Source of the DNA: Takakia lepidozioides
Lineage: Eukaryota > Plantae > Bryophyta
NCBI GenBank assembly: GCA_030704615.1
Contig: CM060733.1
Coordinates: 7,688,001-7,752,000 of the forward strand
DNA: 64,000 nt
Direction of reading: 5' to 3'
The translations under genes and the position numbers were made by a program. Shown here one piece after another: positions 35,836 to 50,401 of this stretch; position 1 is the first letter of the stretch, and the number at the start of each line of letters is the position of its first letter. Below the pieces are notes generated by a model. That model made no database searches, was not told where the DNA came from, and saw nothing but the letters and a program-made list of their open reading frames with translations.

Positions 35836-38260
35836 ATCTGGCCGAAGATTTGTTCACCCTGTAATGGAAGCTGAATGTGAGATGGGTGGAGAGGCGATCA
35901 ACAACAATATTGACTATGACTTATTTGACACACACTGCTAGTAGCATCACAGTCTGTTTGTAATGAATACAAGTGCTTGCCATAGTCAGCTGTAATATGA
36001 GTTCCTTTTGTATCTTGCATCAGCTGTCATACTATGTGACAAACACTTTAATATGGTGGGTCACCCGGGACAATATCAATAAGGTTTGAAAGTCTAAGAG
36101 GTTGAAGCTGCGGTCCATCGCCTACTTCAGTTGGTCACACCCAACAATTTATAATTTTCCGACAGGCTACATGTGGAGCCCCGTGCCTCATCCTTAAACT
36201 TTTTAGATTTAAATTGAGAGAGTTGATGCTTTGCGTGTGGATGCCACCTCATAGACCGGGCGTGCCGACTATAAGTGTAACTGTAACCATTCGACTCAAT
36301 ATTTGGTGGCTTGAAAATAGAGTCCCCTCTCGAAAAAGGACAGTAGCCACAAGGTGAAGTGGGCTCATAATTAGTTACGCTGGCTATGGTCATAGTCATG
36401 TCTCCCTTATGGTTACAAATTACAATCTGGGAGCTCCCCCTCCCCATATCCATTGGCTTTGGCAGTCTTGTAGGTTTCCTACTCCCTACACTGTAGATGG
36501 TGACTCAACTAGTGGTCCAACATTGGTCTCAATTTGTAGTCCAATAGTTTACCCACGTCCATGAGACTCTAATCGGCATCTCTAATGATTATTAAGTTTG
36601 TCATCATCGGCTTATGGATTCCTTGTTCACCACAAGCCACCCACTCACTTCATCAAAAGCCAGTTTTTCTTTGCACAGTAAGACAACTCCATGATTTCCT
36701 GTACAGTTATTGCAAACAAATGTAATTTGTCACCTTCATTGGCAAAAGGACATGACTGTAAGTATGCAAAGCCTGGCGAGAAAATCTTAGTAGAGTCAGT
36801 GGCAACTGGAAAGAAAGATTCTTCTCCCAGGATGTTGCAGCTGGGGTCTCAAACATGGTTTAGCATGCTGCTAGGCAGACCCCTCCGAGAACCATGGAAA
36901 TGGAGCATCAATTGAGGTACTAGAGAGGTGTCCGTGCAGGTACTAGAGACGAAACTCCGAATCAGCCAAGCTGATGGAAAACGAAGACAGCGTTACTGCT
37001 GCTGTGAGTGCATTCCACAAACACCTCCATAATCAGCCACCAGAAATCCAGTGCCGCTCGAGACCACCCCCAAAACTCTCCCGAACTTATTCTAAGTCTC
37101 TTTATTCTACCCGGAGAATTTCAACCGCCTGGGCAGGAGGTTGAGTCTGGCCACACCCGACAATTAGTGGACCCACCCCTTCTTCTATGGGCGCTTGGAG
37201 TCAAAGTTCTCTACATTATTATAGTGCTCCCGTACTGGGCCCTGAAGCCATTCTGGTGGGGAAGCAACCCGTACAATTTTGGTGAGCCCATGCTGACATC
37301 CCAGACGACTTTCCACAGGAAATTCCTGAGGACATTCCATGAAATAGATGGCCTCTAACATACAAATGGAAAATTAGCCGTTTAAGGATATAGCAGCACA
37401 GGTTACAACGTTACAATCTACAACCGCCCCATGAAGACCCTTCTCTTCCACATCATACCGCTGGATTGACAAGTTACAGTAAGTGTATCTTAATATATCC
37501 TACTCAAATTTTAGCATGCACTGGGCAGTTGGTACCTCTTGGGAATTGATTGTAGCACAGAGTTTAAGATACCAAAAGCTGCCATATCCATCCAAGTGCT
37601 GCCTGAAGCTAATCTCCAACAAGTTTCTCACCACAATATGACACCATTCAAATGTCCAAATCTGCATAAATAAGGATGGCAGATACTATTCCTCAAACAT
37701 GTTTTTTGGGATTGCACCTGTTGTTGGCTTTGTCTCACAGTGTTTGTCGAGTCTAGTCGACCATGTTGAAGCTCTAAACTCTAGATCATGACCGCTCCAG
37801 TGCTGACATGCTTGGTTTTGGGTTCCACATCTTGTTCGTCTGGTACACAAAACAGGGCATGCCGTACACCAAAACTGATCACTTGTTAAAGTCTGACAAG
37901 ATGTGCATCTGGAAAGTAGATAGCCTTGATAGTCTGGACATTATTCAACTGCGCTTCTGATACTCAAATTCTTACCGACTGCTTCTTACTTGCCAACATG
38001 AGTACCTACTGGGTTTAGATTTGAAGGGCGACAAACCCACATAGTCAGTGCAGCAGAAGGGCTGTGTATACTCGTAACAGCTGCCACGAGGATTCCCCGT
38101 CGACGCCGTCAAGAATATCGAAGATGTTTCCGTTGGTTCGTCGACGGAGTGAAGGCGCCATCGACGGCGCCGTCAGCCCTAGATTCGTCGTCTCTCCCAC
38201 CCAGCGACGGGGCTTTGCTGTAGTGGAAGTGTGGGGGAGACGGAGCAGGGGTTGAACATC

Positions 38261-40221
38261 ATGTTGTCCGCGTGCAGGCAAGCTACTACCATCCTCCGGC
38301 GCTCGGGGATCGGTTTCTCCAATGCCCGTAAGCTCTCATTTATCTTGAATTGAATTTCTAGACCTTCAATTGGAAAATTCGCTTGTAAGGTGACTTGGGT
38401 GAGATTATGGTCATACTCACTGAGGAAGGTAGGGGTCCAGAGGGCTTGGGTTGCTATCTTGCCATTTTTCTTGCATGCTACTCTTTTTCTTTCTGTTTGT
38501 CTTGCCTCTCACGAAATATGGAGTGGTATGGCGAGGGCAGGGGCGGGAATATATTATCAAGGTGCACAGAAGGCGGGTATCACCATAGCAGGGGACGAAG
38601 GAGACTCACACGACGATTTCAAGCCTGTGCACAGGGCCTCCGACTCTGCACCCTCTGTACACGATCATATAGAAAAGGTACTGAACTCTTTAAATGTCAA
38701 ATAACTTGCAGTAGGGTGCTGATTGTTACGTGTAAAGGAGGATCGGAAAAAATTTCGATTGTCTTTCCTTCCCTCCATCTACGAGTGATAGCCCTGCTCC
38801 CCAAATGGGAGAGGGACTGTTCAGCAAGATATAAGTGCCCGTTTTGGAGCCAGGTACGAAATAGTCGGTACTTTCTCTTACAGGGTGGTATGTTGTGTAT
38901 ATGGGATGTAGGATATTAAGGAAAACCCAGTGATGGTGTACATGAAGGGGGTTCCTGATGCTCCACAGTGTGGCTTTAGTGCTATGGTTGTTCGTATCTT
39001 GGGCGAGTATGGTGAGTATCTTTGTCCTATATTCAGTGGATAACTGTGGGTTGTCTAATGGTCATATGAGAATCTCTCTCTAACTCTCTCTCTCCCTCTG
39101 TCCGAGCCAAAAGCCCAGGCCCTTTTGGGGCCTAGTTGTTGGGCTAATCACACACAGCAGATTGATGCTTGTGTGAAGGGATTTCTAGAGGATATCTGGA
39201 AAACTCAGATCAATTGTCTGTTCCAAGGTAAGTCATACTACCGGCGTCAGAGTCTGACAAAGGTAGTTTCTGTCCCTTTGTGTTCCGCCCAAACTGGGTG
39301 CGGGGTCAATGGCCTCAAGGCTACGGCAAACAACGTCTATGAGTACATTCTCTGCCTCTGTCTATGGCTGAGCTGGAGCTAGCTCAACAAAGATTCTCAG
39401 TGAAGATTCAGCCCTAGGTAAGGACTCCATTTGTTATTTGATAAGTGCGTCAGTGTGTGCATGTGGCTTGAGTCTGTCTTTCTTCTAGCTAATGTGGTGG
39501 CCAAGTTCAGGCGTGCCTTACAAGTCCAGAAATGTGTTGGCGGATCAGGAGCTGAGAGACGGCATTAAAAGCTTCAGGTAATCTATAAACCCGTTTACTA
39601 CTCCCCTCAGTGAAGCATAGCAGTGTGAGACTGAGATGTGGCCCTTGTTAGAAAGAATGGGAATGTGTGTAGAGCAAAGTGCAAGTGCTGTCAGTACATA
39701 AGTTCTTTGAAAGTGGAGTTATACCCTGCCCAAGGGCCAGTGTTCAGGTTCCCAACGTTGTTCTGGACAAGAATTGTTATACTACAAGGCCCTGACCTTC
39801 AGGTCTTTGGGATGCAGTAAGTGGCCGACAGTTCCGCAAGTGTACATCAATGGCGAGTTTGTTGGAGGGTCGGACATTGTCATTGCCATGCACCGTGTGA
39901 GTATTTTTTTATTTTTCTCCCTCCCCCAGTACTTTGGTATTTGTCTGTTCCCCATTCTCTTGTTGCTTGAACTTTGATTTGAAGCTGGTTGGCTGAAATT
40001 TTAGTGGGTGCTAAATCACTCAACCATAGCAACTGTTTAGAAGGCAGTTTCATTACCTTAGATTGCATTGAAGAAATTCCAAATCGACCACAATGCCTGC
40101 ATTTGGAGATACTTTGTTCATTCGAAGTTCAACAGTTGCAGTATTGCCTGATTATCTGTTAGGATGTGGGCAGTCAGGGGAGCTGGAGAGGAAGTTGAAA
40201 GACCTGCAGAAGGACTCTTGA
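38261..40221 (+). CDS. GRXS15: Monothiol CGFS glutaredoxin, mitochondrial type (6 exons)
   Basis: Exons 38261-38327, 38541-38677, 38912-39011, 39511-39577, 39818-39896, 40174-40221: transit-like N-terminus, [50 protein letters not shown]...stop. Confidence 0.93.
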
Positions 40222-43200
40222 TTGGATGCCCGCAGATGGCCAACTAAACGTATTTTGTTGTTTATGTGGAAGTGTTTGACTGGAAGGGAAACATCCTGTT
40301 AGGCATTCGGCTCTTGATGTCTATGAGAAAAACTCGTATTGTATCGAAGGTCAGGAATTTCCAGCAAAAATACACTGACATGTTTGGGAGCTGACTAGGT
40401 ACAGATGCATAGAGAGATCATTGCAGTTGGCTTGGAGGGATGTAGAGTGGGACAAATAAAGATTCATTTCCATGGGAAGAAATGTTTGCACGCAGACCAT
40501 TGATGAATGCCAATCATCAGGCAGGAATGAATGGTTATATGGTAAGGTTTGATTGTGTAGGGTAAAGAACTGGAGCAAGGGCGTTCACCAGTTTAAGGCC
40601 CTTCTAGTGACGAGGGCGGAGCCCGAGTCTCTATAAGGGCCGCAAATTGGTGAATGCCCGCGCACCAGTTCTTTACGGAGTGTAAAACACATTCAAATTT
40701 GAACTAGCGATCCGGTAAGCTCCTCGCCAGCCTCGCGTGGGCGTTCCCTGCCGGAACGCACCGGGCCTGCATACGCGTTAGGATTACGCCCTATAAGGCC
40801 ACACAAAAATAAACTAAAAAATTTGAAAGGTTTTTTCCGGACCTAAATTACAAACTGCTGGAGGCACACTAGGGGACTACACAGTGCATCTCTTGCCAAG
40901 GGAGATGGGCCACTCGAGCAGGGTCAAGCCAAGAGTGCTAGTCCCTTCATAGGGGCTCTGTTTCTGCTCTTTGAGGTGGTATTTCACATCACTACATAGC
41001 CAGTATGTACCACATATAGAATTCAAGTTACAAAATGGCCCAATGCTGACCTCAGACTGCATGTTATGCAGAGAAAGCAATATGAAAACAACACTCCATG
41101 CAAAGGCAAGGTATTAAATCATAGGATAAACAACAGATGAAACATCAGGTCAACTTTTATCAGACAACATGGAAAATGAACTGCCCGTCCAACTCTTAGC
41201 CAGAGTTTCTCCTCTTTCATTTTAGTCAACTTATCATGCTTCACAATTTCCATAATCTGCTCTTTTGACAAAGCTTTCCAACATGTTCAGGTATGCTTCC
41301 TCCATGACCATGAATGGCTTTCAGGCCAACATTGACCATGAATGGCCGGGACCACTTAAGTGATTTCTTTGACTGCAACTCCTATTTGAGTAGGAGCCCA
41401 CTGCAAGGTGGGCCTAAAAGTGAAGAAATGTCTTATTGGGTAGCTGCATACCGAAGTCATGTTCGATTGGTGGGCACGAATTCCCTCCATCTAATAACAC
41501 CAACTTGTCTTTGGCCACTAATGGCAGAAAGACACTTCATTTATCATCAGAGATCTCTGAGCCCCACACAACTGCCTTGAAGGGCATTGTTGATGGCCTG
41601 GCATGTCCATCAACCCTTTGCCAGCTCCAGCATCATACTAGGGAAAACCGTTGTTGGCATGTATATAGAAGGAACCAAAAGCATCAAAGCCTCATCATTC
41701 CTCTAAAGGCTTGGAACAACACATGATGAAAAGCCCAGATAAAAATGCTTGAAATACACCAATTGAACTCCTCACAGCATACCCAGACTGGAAGCCAAGG
41801 ACTCCCTCCACCCTTCCTGTCACACACTAGGCTACTTTAATCAGTTGTTAGTTCTGAACTCAGTCCAGAACTTTCAATCCGTTGAAATTGCTGGGCTATG
41901 CTTCTGTATAGAGGGGACGTTACACCAGTCTGGACGGACGGGCGGACGGACGGACGGACGAACGGAAGGTGGGCAGTCGGCATTGAAGACGCATGTCAGC
42001 GATTTTGGGCGGCTCTTCTATTTTTGTGAGCACGTGCGTCGCGTGTTATGACCTATGGATTATGACCACCTACCGTACCTTCACCCCATGCCATACCCAT
42101 CTATGTACATATGTATGTGGAAAATGTTTAATAAATGGTTAAGAAGTAATTATGAAAATGTTATATAAAATCTCAAAAACAAATCTCCTTGTAGACTTGT
42201 AATCTCCTTCCCTTATTCTTTTTTTCTTAAAACAAAAGTTGGTTTCAGGGTTGGATCCCTTTTGTAATGCCTCCCCACATTGCTTTTGCAACGTTAATTT
42301 TCCTTGCTGTTCGATTTGATGACCAGGGCCTAATATGTGCGCGTCTTTTTTTCCTTTTTTCCTCAATGAAAGCATCCCTTCAACTTCACACACACACACA
42401 CATCTACATTAAAGGGAAACACCGGGCAGGGATCGCTCACAAATTAGGCCCTTAGTTATAGCGAGAGGAGATATATATATATGTGAAGCTAGCGTAAATA
42501 AGAGCCTCTTCCCCGTGTGGGTACTGCTAGCGAGGGGAGAAAGTAACCTCGCTATGGGACCGAACTTAGGGACCCGGCCCTGAAGTCATAATTACAACAG
42601 AAAAAAGAAGTTGGGAGCAAGAGACTCTTCCGGAACCACCTTTCCGCCTATTGGAAAGACTCCCCTAGAAGTTGGCTTTCGCTCCACCCACCACAGGGGG
42701 GCTGATTTGCGTGCGGTCGCTCCGGGGCGGGTGTTTTCCCTCCATGGAAATTGCCTCCAGAGTTTCCAAGTTTCGGTATCGGCAAGCAATCAAGAAAAAG
42801 CAAGAAATAAAATAATCTGTGTTGTAAGAATGATGGCTTCCGAAAAATCAACATGGCATAAACAATGTTTTGTTTCCAGAAAGTGGCATCCACGCTACAA
42901 TAAAAATAGTTTGTGTAAAGTTTGTAATAATCACAAAACAACAGATACTTACTTTTCCGAAGCGTCGGATATACATTATATAAGAATGATGTGCCACGCG
43001 GCAGCCCTGTGGTTGACCAAAACTTACCACATGGGGTCCACATTCTCGGCCCTCAACGTGGCCGCCCAGAGACGCTCCGATCCTGCGAACGGTCGGGCGC
43101 GATGCCACCCGAACTAAAGCAGCCCGGAAACATCGCCGGCACTTGGCCTCGCCACCGGAATCCCTGGTCCCCGAAACCGTCTGGTCCCGGTCGCCGAGAC

Positions 43201-43684
43201 AGATTTCCGAAGGCTTGACCAGTGAACACCTACCTGTGACGATGGGCTTATTACTTATATAGGGCTGCTAGAATAGGGCGGGTGGCAAACGATATGGGAT
43301 AATGCAGTAATGGTTTTTTGTTAGAAAGAATCAAAGGGCTTTTCCCCTTTGGAAAACCGCCAAAAGGGCGACAAGACGGCAGAAAAGTGTGCATGCGCGC
43401 AGAGAGGGGAAGGGCAGGTCGGTCTGGTCCTGAGAATGCTCCGCAAGGTGCCAGGAGCTGGGCCCGCTGCCTGCCAGTCATTAGCTCCTGCATGTCAGAG
43501 AAACACAGTGCAGGATTGGGTGCTGGCCTCAGTGGTGGAGAGCTCAGTTCAGCTGAGCCCATTTTCTCTGTGGCCTCTCTCCCCCACCTCTCTGCTGCCT
43601 TTGGCGGGTTTTGGGTTTCTCACTCACACCTGGTCGGAGAACAGTGTAGATCTCTCTGACCACAGACAGGGATTGCACCCACAG

Positions 43685-43770
43685 AGAGAGGTGAGAGTGT
43701 GTGTGTGTGAGAGTGTGACCACAACTAGGAATTGCAGAGAGAGAGAGAGAGAGGAGAGAGAGGAGAGGGT
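43685..43770. repeat. GA/GT microsatellite in the UVR8 5' region
   Basis: (GA)n and (GT)n tracts. Confidence 0.85.
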
Positions 43771-43943
43771 GGAAAAAGAGTTGGGGGGGGGTTGTTGTCC
43801 CTTGTCCCTTGGCTTTAATGTATTCTCAGAAGAGCAGGTTAGGGGAGTGCCTGTTTTGGGCACATGAGAAAGTGAGTTAAGCGTGGAGCTAGAGTGTTGG
43901 AGACGACGGAGCTGGTTTTCGTTGCATTTGCAGAGAGGTAGAG

Positions 43944-46900
43944 ATGGGGGATGCGAAGGCTTCGAGCAGTGAGAATGTGAAGCGGCGGGTTTTGTTTGTG
44001 TCCGCGGGTGCTAGCCACACTGTTGCACTTCTCTGTAGTTCCTCTTACCTGCCTTCTCTTTCCCTTTTCGCATTCTTTTTTTAAGTTCATTGGTATGGAT
44101 TGTTGTATGACGTGGGGCGGCTCCATTTAGTCTTATGAACGTCAGAGTCTGAGGGCAAGGGAGTCTCAAGACATCCAAATATGCAGGTAGTAACAACCTG
44201 GGATTTGGGCACTTCACGCTTTCGGTTGCTCAAGTTATGGTGCTAATCTCAGGTGTTCAACTTGTTGGATGTGAGAGCGGCACTGTGGGTGCAATAGATC
44301 TCCCTCGTCCCCCTCTGTCTTGTAAGGTAGATGTGTTCAGTGAACAAATCAATTTCATTTTGCCTCCTTTTCTTCCGAAAGGTGGCAGAATGATGGTCCA
44401 TCTGGCTGTTTTGTGGTAGAGATATTCATTCGGGGTCTTTCGTTTGACATGGTGTTTAATGTGCTCCTACATCATGGGAGCAGATCTTCAATGTGTGAAG
44501 GTTGAAGGTCAGGGTCAGAATCTCGGCGTAAATACCTGTCTTGCCAGTATGCTGTGCTAGCAACAGCCAATCAAGCTTCTGTTGGTTGAATCATGCATGT
44601 TTCCCAGGGCTAGAGACCAGACCAGGGAAGTTGGATTAATGTTATCGTTATTAGCCCCACTCAATTCCTGGTATGGTTGGTGGGAGCCCCACAACTGACT
44701 GAGCAAGGGCTCTCTGCCCCGGGACAACTTGTATCATTACGAATGATGACGAATCTAAATGGATCACGGTGATAATGACCCTACCCTCTGCTCAAAGATG
44801 AATCCGTCCTCTCTTTCCCGAAAGTGACCTGGATTTCTTTGTGACATTGGCTTATGGATATGACACGAGTTCTTCGACATGCCCCCAATCTGGGAGGTCT
44901 TTGTGGCTCTCCACCAAGAGGTTTGAGAGTAGTGGACCTTCAGCAAAGGCATGCTTTGAAATCAGAGTGTAGACAATTTCAAGCAAGTAACTGCTCCGGT
45001 ACTTGTAATGGGTATTTCGCTGGGACTCCTTTTAACTAATCTTGAGCGGGGTGACTCGGTGCAATCCCAGTCATTGTGTCACATTGTATGGGATCCGGTC
45101 CCAGAGCAGTGGATCAACGTTCCAGTGTTTTGGTACGCCCACGGAATTCATCGCCATGGCACTTCCCGTATTACGATGGTCACCCAAATGGAATGCACTG
45201 CAGTCTGTAGGGTCTCTAGCTGGAAGGCTATGGCACCAGACTGAAGAGTTGATTGTTTCTCAGCTCACATGCCATGGTTGGTTTGGCAGCGGGCGACTCT
45301 CTGTGCTCCTGGGGCCGTGGGGAAGATGGGCAACTTGGCCATGGAGATCCAGATGAGCGGCATTTGCCCACGATTATCAGTGCCTTGGAAGACTGTGATA
45401 TTTCTTCTATCACTTGTGGGGCCGACCACACAACTGCCTGTTCTGACTCAACAAAAACTGTCTATAGTTGGGGTTGGTGAGTATTTCATTGAAATTTACT
45501 TTCAAATAATTACATTTTGGTACAATTACTCAATCTCTGTTGTTCTCTCGTATCCTCACCCTCCTGGAATAAGTTGCGGAATAATTTTGACTTTGGCACT
45601 GTCTGTACAGGTTATGGCCTGCTGCCATCTCTTCTATTGCTCTTACTTCCCCTTCCACTCTTTTCCCTGGGGACTTCACAAGTCCATGTTCAGACCCTTC
45701 TGCGAACGAAAGAGGGATCTTCCAAAAAGATCCTGATGGATACTGTGATTTCTTGACAGTTCCTAGTTGCCGCTCATCAATGTTAGCTCTTTTCTCCCTT
45801 CAAAGCCATTGACAAGTCAGTTTTTGCTTAGTCAGACACTAAGACTGCAGGGATAAGGACTGTAGAGAGAAGGAAAGGGCTGATGAAGTCAAACTGTTGT
45901 GCTATCTCATGATCATGTGTAGAACAAATTCCTGGCTGTGTTTTTACATTTCACAGTTCACAGCGATACTGTATTCTGTACTGTAGCAAGCATCAGTGCT
46001 ATGCCTTTCGAAACACTAAAGTTGGGTGGCTATGATATCTTGTGTTTCTCTCATCTGCCAAAGCAAGGCAAACTGACTGCATCAGTGACTCATAAGATCT
46101 ATATGGTGTTGACCACTGATGGAGTAGTTTCTGGAAAAAAGCCTGCCAAAGCTCTCTAAATGATGCCGGTACTCTCTAGTTTTAGGAGGCTCTACTTGTA
46201 CGAGCTTGGTTATCATCAATGTTTGGATGCTTGTTACCCGACCTCCTGCCGCTGCTGTGGTGGAGGTTGTAGTTTACAAAGTATTGAGAGTCAAATGCAC
46301 TGTTATGCCTTTGCAGTCATGTCTTTCATCGGTATATTAAGGTCCTGTGAAGTATTGAAAGTCTATGCAAACCAGAACATTTATTTTGGTCTGTGTTGGT
46401 TATTGCATCACTGGGATCTCAAACACCTTGGAAACAAGTTGGCATTGGTTTAGTGGAACTTGACACGTTTCTCTCCCTAAAGTTATGAGTCTGACTCTCC
46501 ATTCTACTGTCGTCAGGGGGGACTTTGGCAGACTTGGACATGGCAACTCCAGTGATCTGTTCATCCCCCAGCCAATTAAGGCTCTCCAGGGCCTTGAGAT
46601 AAAGCAAATTGCCTGTGGGGATAGCCATTGTCTTGCCATCACAATTGGCGGCGAAGTTCACAGGTATGCTATCCTGGTCACCGCCACCCCAATCGACCAC
46701 ACCAGAAGATGACTGAAACCTCTTAGATTTTCTCCTTTCATCCACCTTTCCATGGAACACTTAAGTTTGGTCTCTTGTGCATAGGCCACTCTTGTGCTCT
46801 GAGCATAGCCTTCGTGGCCACATGGATAGGGCCAGCACTATGTAATCAGTATGTGTTGGTTTCCACCCTGTAAGTGTATAATATCTAAGAGCTGACATGG

Positions 46901-49900
46901 TGTCAACAATGGATGGGTGATGAAGTTGGGGCCGAAACCAGAATGGGCAGCTGGGACTGGGCAACACAGAGGATTCACTCATACCTTGCAAAGTGCAGGC
47001 CTTCAAGGTTGTTTCTCAAGGCCCCTACTTGTCCTCAAATGTCTGTGCAATGTTCTTCACAAATTTCTCTACCTACCATTTTACCTGAAACAGGGCCCAT
47101 ACTCTGACAGAGGTCACCATATACCTGCATTCGCACAGAGGTAGGTATGAGTTATGTTGGGTTCAACATTACTGTCTTCTTTTCCTGCTCGTTTTTCACA
47201 GGTGCATCTCCAAGAACCAAATTGGGAACACTAATAACAGTGTGGTTTGACTGTCATATAAAAGTGATGCATGAAAGAGGTCAGTGCTTGTGGTGGTGGA
47301 GAGTTTTTTAGTTACTAGCTGCTCTGTCTCCCTCTCTGTATCTCTCTCAGGGTGTCAGTTAGTAGGTGCTCTAAATCTGCAAACACAGGGCATAGCGGTG
47401 AAGATGCTGGCAGCTGGAGCAGAGCACACAGCAGCCGTAACAGAAAATGGGAAGCTCTACGGCTGGGGCTGGGGCCGCTATGGCAACCTGGGTTTGGGAG
47501 ATCGCACTGACCGTTTGGTTCCTGGTGAAGTTGCTGCTGTAGCAGTAAGTACCATGGTTTCTCCACCATTGTGTAGAACCTCCTTGCCCACACCTACTCT
47601 TTCCTTGCTTCACTTTCAGTTCTTTGGAAGTGGGTATGGGCAAATGTGGTCCCCAAACCCTCTTTCCCCTCCTGTTTCCTCCTTTCATTGGTTCCCACAA
47701 ATACTATAGGAAGAAGTAAAGTTGCCAGATTTATGTACTCTTTTTTGGTCCAAAATAACTTCTTCCACCTACCTTTAGGGCAAGTTTAGTAACTGTCACT
47801 AACTTCCAAGAGTGGGTGCAGGGAGAGAAAATGAAAATGGTGGCATGTGGATGGCGGCACACTATTGCTGTTGCAGAGTCTGGGAATCTGTACACCTTTG
47901 GGTGGAGCAAGTATGGGCAATTAGGACATGGTGACTTTCAAGATCACCTGGTCCCTCATCAAGTTGCAGGATTGAAGAACAAGAAAATTTCACTTGTAGG
48001 TCCTTTCTCTTTGTTAATGTCTCCAGTTGCAGGTCAAATGGGTAGATCAAGACAAGATAAGTGATGCTATGCTAGTCCTTGTTTTCAAAGCCTTTTGCCT
48101 GTAGACTGCATAGGATACTGCCCTCCCAGCTTGGTGACAAAGTGGCCCTGCCACATGACTGACAACCGGCTATGCCCTCTTTGCAAGATTCAGCTTCATA
48201 GTCAGTAAATGGCTGGATCCCAGTCGCGTTCCATCTACACACTCACATAGTACAGTTCCGTTTTAGTAACTGAGGGGATGGGATCTGATCACAAAAACTA
48301 CTTCTAGTTCATACAGAATGTTGGCAGCCAGGCAGTCAGCTGTCAAGGAATATCTCTTGGTTGGCATGGTGTAGCACTGAACATTTACAGAAATATGTAC
48401 TTGAAACTGTCTGGAGCAGATTAGTGGAGGGTGGCGGCATACTGTTGCTTTGGATGAAGAAGGCCAACTTTATGGATGGGGGTGGAACAAGGTAATATCT
48501 TCGCTGATGAGAACATGTGAGTGATGTGAGTGATGTACATGTGGTGGTTTGCCGCAGCCTTTGCAGCATGGCAAGGTAAAGGTTGAACAAGAGAGAGAAA
48601 GATTGAAATTATGTGCAGCAGCAGTCGTTACTTTGTACCTGATAACGGATGTGGCTAATTGTGGAGACTCGTTGTAGGAATATATGTAAATTTTAAATGT
48701 AAGGCATGGCAGTCTGGAACCTACATGCCCAGGAGCATACAAATGACAAGTTTGGGTTGTATTTTGCAGTTTGGGCAAGTAGGAGTTGGGAATACAGAAG
48801 ATCAAAACAGTCCCAAACTTGTGAAGGCTCTCAGTGATCAGGTGAGTTCCACATAAGCTTAAGCAGTGCTGGAAGTAGCATGACGCCTAGGATGCTAATG
48901 GTGCCCTTAAGCCACAACTAATCGACCCTATCATTGAAAGGTTCTTCCGATGTCAATGACAGGCTGTGTTATACCCTGGTTGGCCATACAATGCTCAGGT
49001 AGACATCACAGACGGAACTAATCATCCTTTAGACACTGAGAAGGTTAAATGTGGGAGGTTGCAGAGAGTAACTCAGGTCTCGTGTGGCTGGCGACACACA
49101 CTGGCCATCACTGAAAGAGGCAATGTCTATAGCTGGGGCCGTGGCACCTCTGGCCAGTTAGGTCATGGGGATGCACTTGACAGGTATCATTTGGCTACCC
49201 AACTTTCTGTTTTTGGGAGACAGGCGGGGTGGGGTGCGGTGGGATGGGGCTGGGGGGAGATGGAAGGATATGAATAGGTCAAAAATGGGGGAGCGACAGC
49301 AGTCGTAGACATGTTGGGAGTCTAAGTCAGTCCTGCACTTTCCAGTTTTGTTTGGAAGGCCTTTAGCAGAGCATGTTTCTGTTTAGTCACAGAGAATCGT
49401 TTACCATTAAGTTGAAGGCTTGGTAGCTGAGGCTAAGGGTCAAGAGTAACAACAGGATGAAGCTTTTGCAGTCAACTAATGTCCAGTCTTGTGATTGGTG
49501 CAGGAGTGTACCAAAGCTTATAGAGCTACTGAGTGCGGATGGGCTAGCTTGTCAACAGATTAAAAGCTCACGATTGGCAAACACAACAGGTGCAATTCTG
49601 GGCATGCTAAATGCCAGTGTCATTATCCCTGGGGATACAAGCTCCAGAGGGTTTGTATCAGCTGGTTAGGGTGTTTTATGTGGTGTGTTGGATTTGCAAT
49701 GACTGGGTGGTCAATTCGTATTTGTGTGGATCTCACATGTGGGTTGGGGGGTGCGGAACAGCTGCAAATTGGATATCACCTTCAGAAAGATACGCAGTGG
49801 TTCCAGATGAAACAATGAGAACACTTGCAAGAAGACTTCATCAGACAGCTAATGTACAAAAGATCTTTCACTATCCAACTCTCCCTTTGCTTTTCTTTGG

Positions 49901-50401
49901 ATCTGTCACAGTGCAACAAAGCATCCCCCACCCCACCCCCCCCCCGCCCCTGCAAACAGACGCACTAAAGTTATCTAGTCACATGCTCCTGTAGCTCTTC
50001 TTGAGTAACTGCTACGGCTAATGCAGAGTTAGATATAGGTGGGTTAGATGAAACTCCCAAATGGCTTCACTAAGGTTAGCATCTGTCGGGAACAATTCTT
50101 TGAAGGGTCACAGCCAAGTTCAGAGCACAAGGTTGTGTATACCAGTTTTCCACCCATTAATTGCTATGCATCAATATGGGTGCGTGCTATCTCTTTCAGT
50201 TAGCTGAAAGTCTTTGTATTCAGCAGATGAGAGGTTTCTGAAGCAGAACTAGCCCCCGAAGTAATGGGAGACGGACTTACTCTTGGGTTTTGCTGTATGA
50301 GCCAGGTGGAAGGAGAGCTGGTGGTGCCGACTACAAGAGAGGCCGGCACAGATGCAAGTGTGCCTGACACTGATACAAAGCGCTTGCGAACTGGACTTTG
50401 A
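43944..50401 (+). CDS. UVR8: UV-B photoreceptor UVR8 (RCC1-fold beta-propeller, about 13 exons)
   Basis: Exon 1 43944-44034 (MGDAK...RVLFVSAGASHTVALL), then SWGRGEDGQLGHGD and WGDFGRLGHG, three GWRHT motifs (~47850, 48430, 49086), C-terminal ISPSERYAVVPDE (VP motif); last exon 50306-50401. Confidence 0.96.

Noticed and set aside
36690-37480. ORFs at 36.7-37.4 kb (also 41.3-41.7 kb and 42.6-43.9 kb) as protein-coding genes
   Set aside because: No recognisable domain or consistent exon structure; likely intergenic, UTR or decayed sequence.
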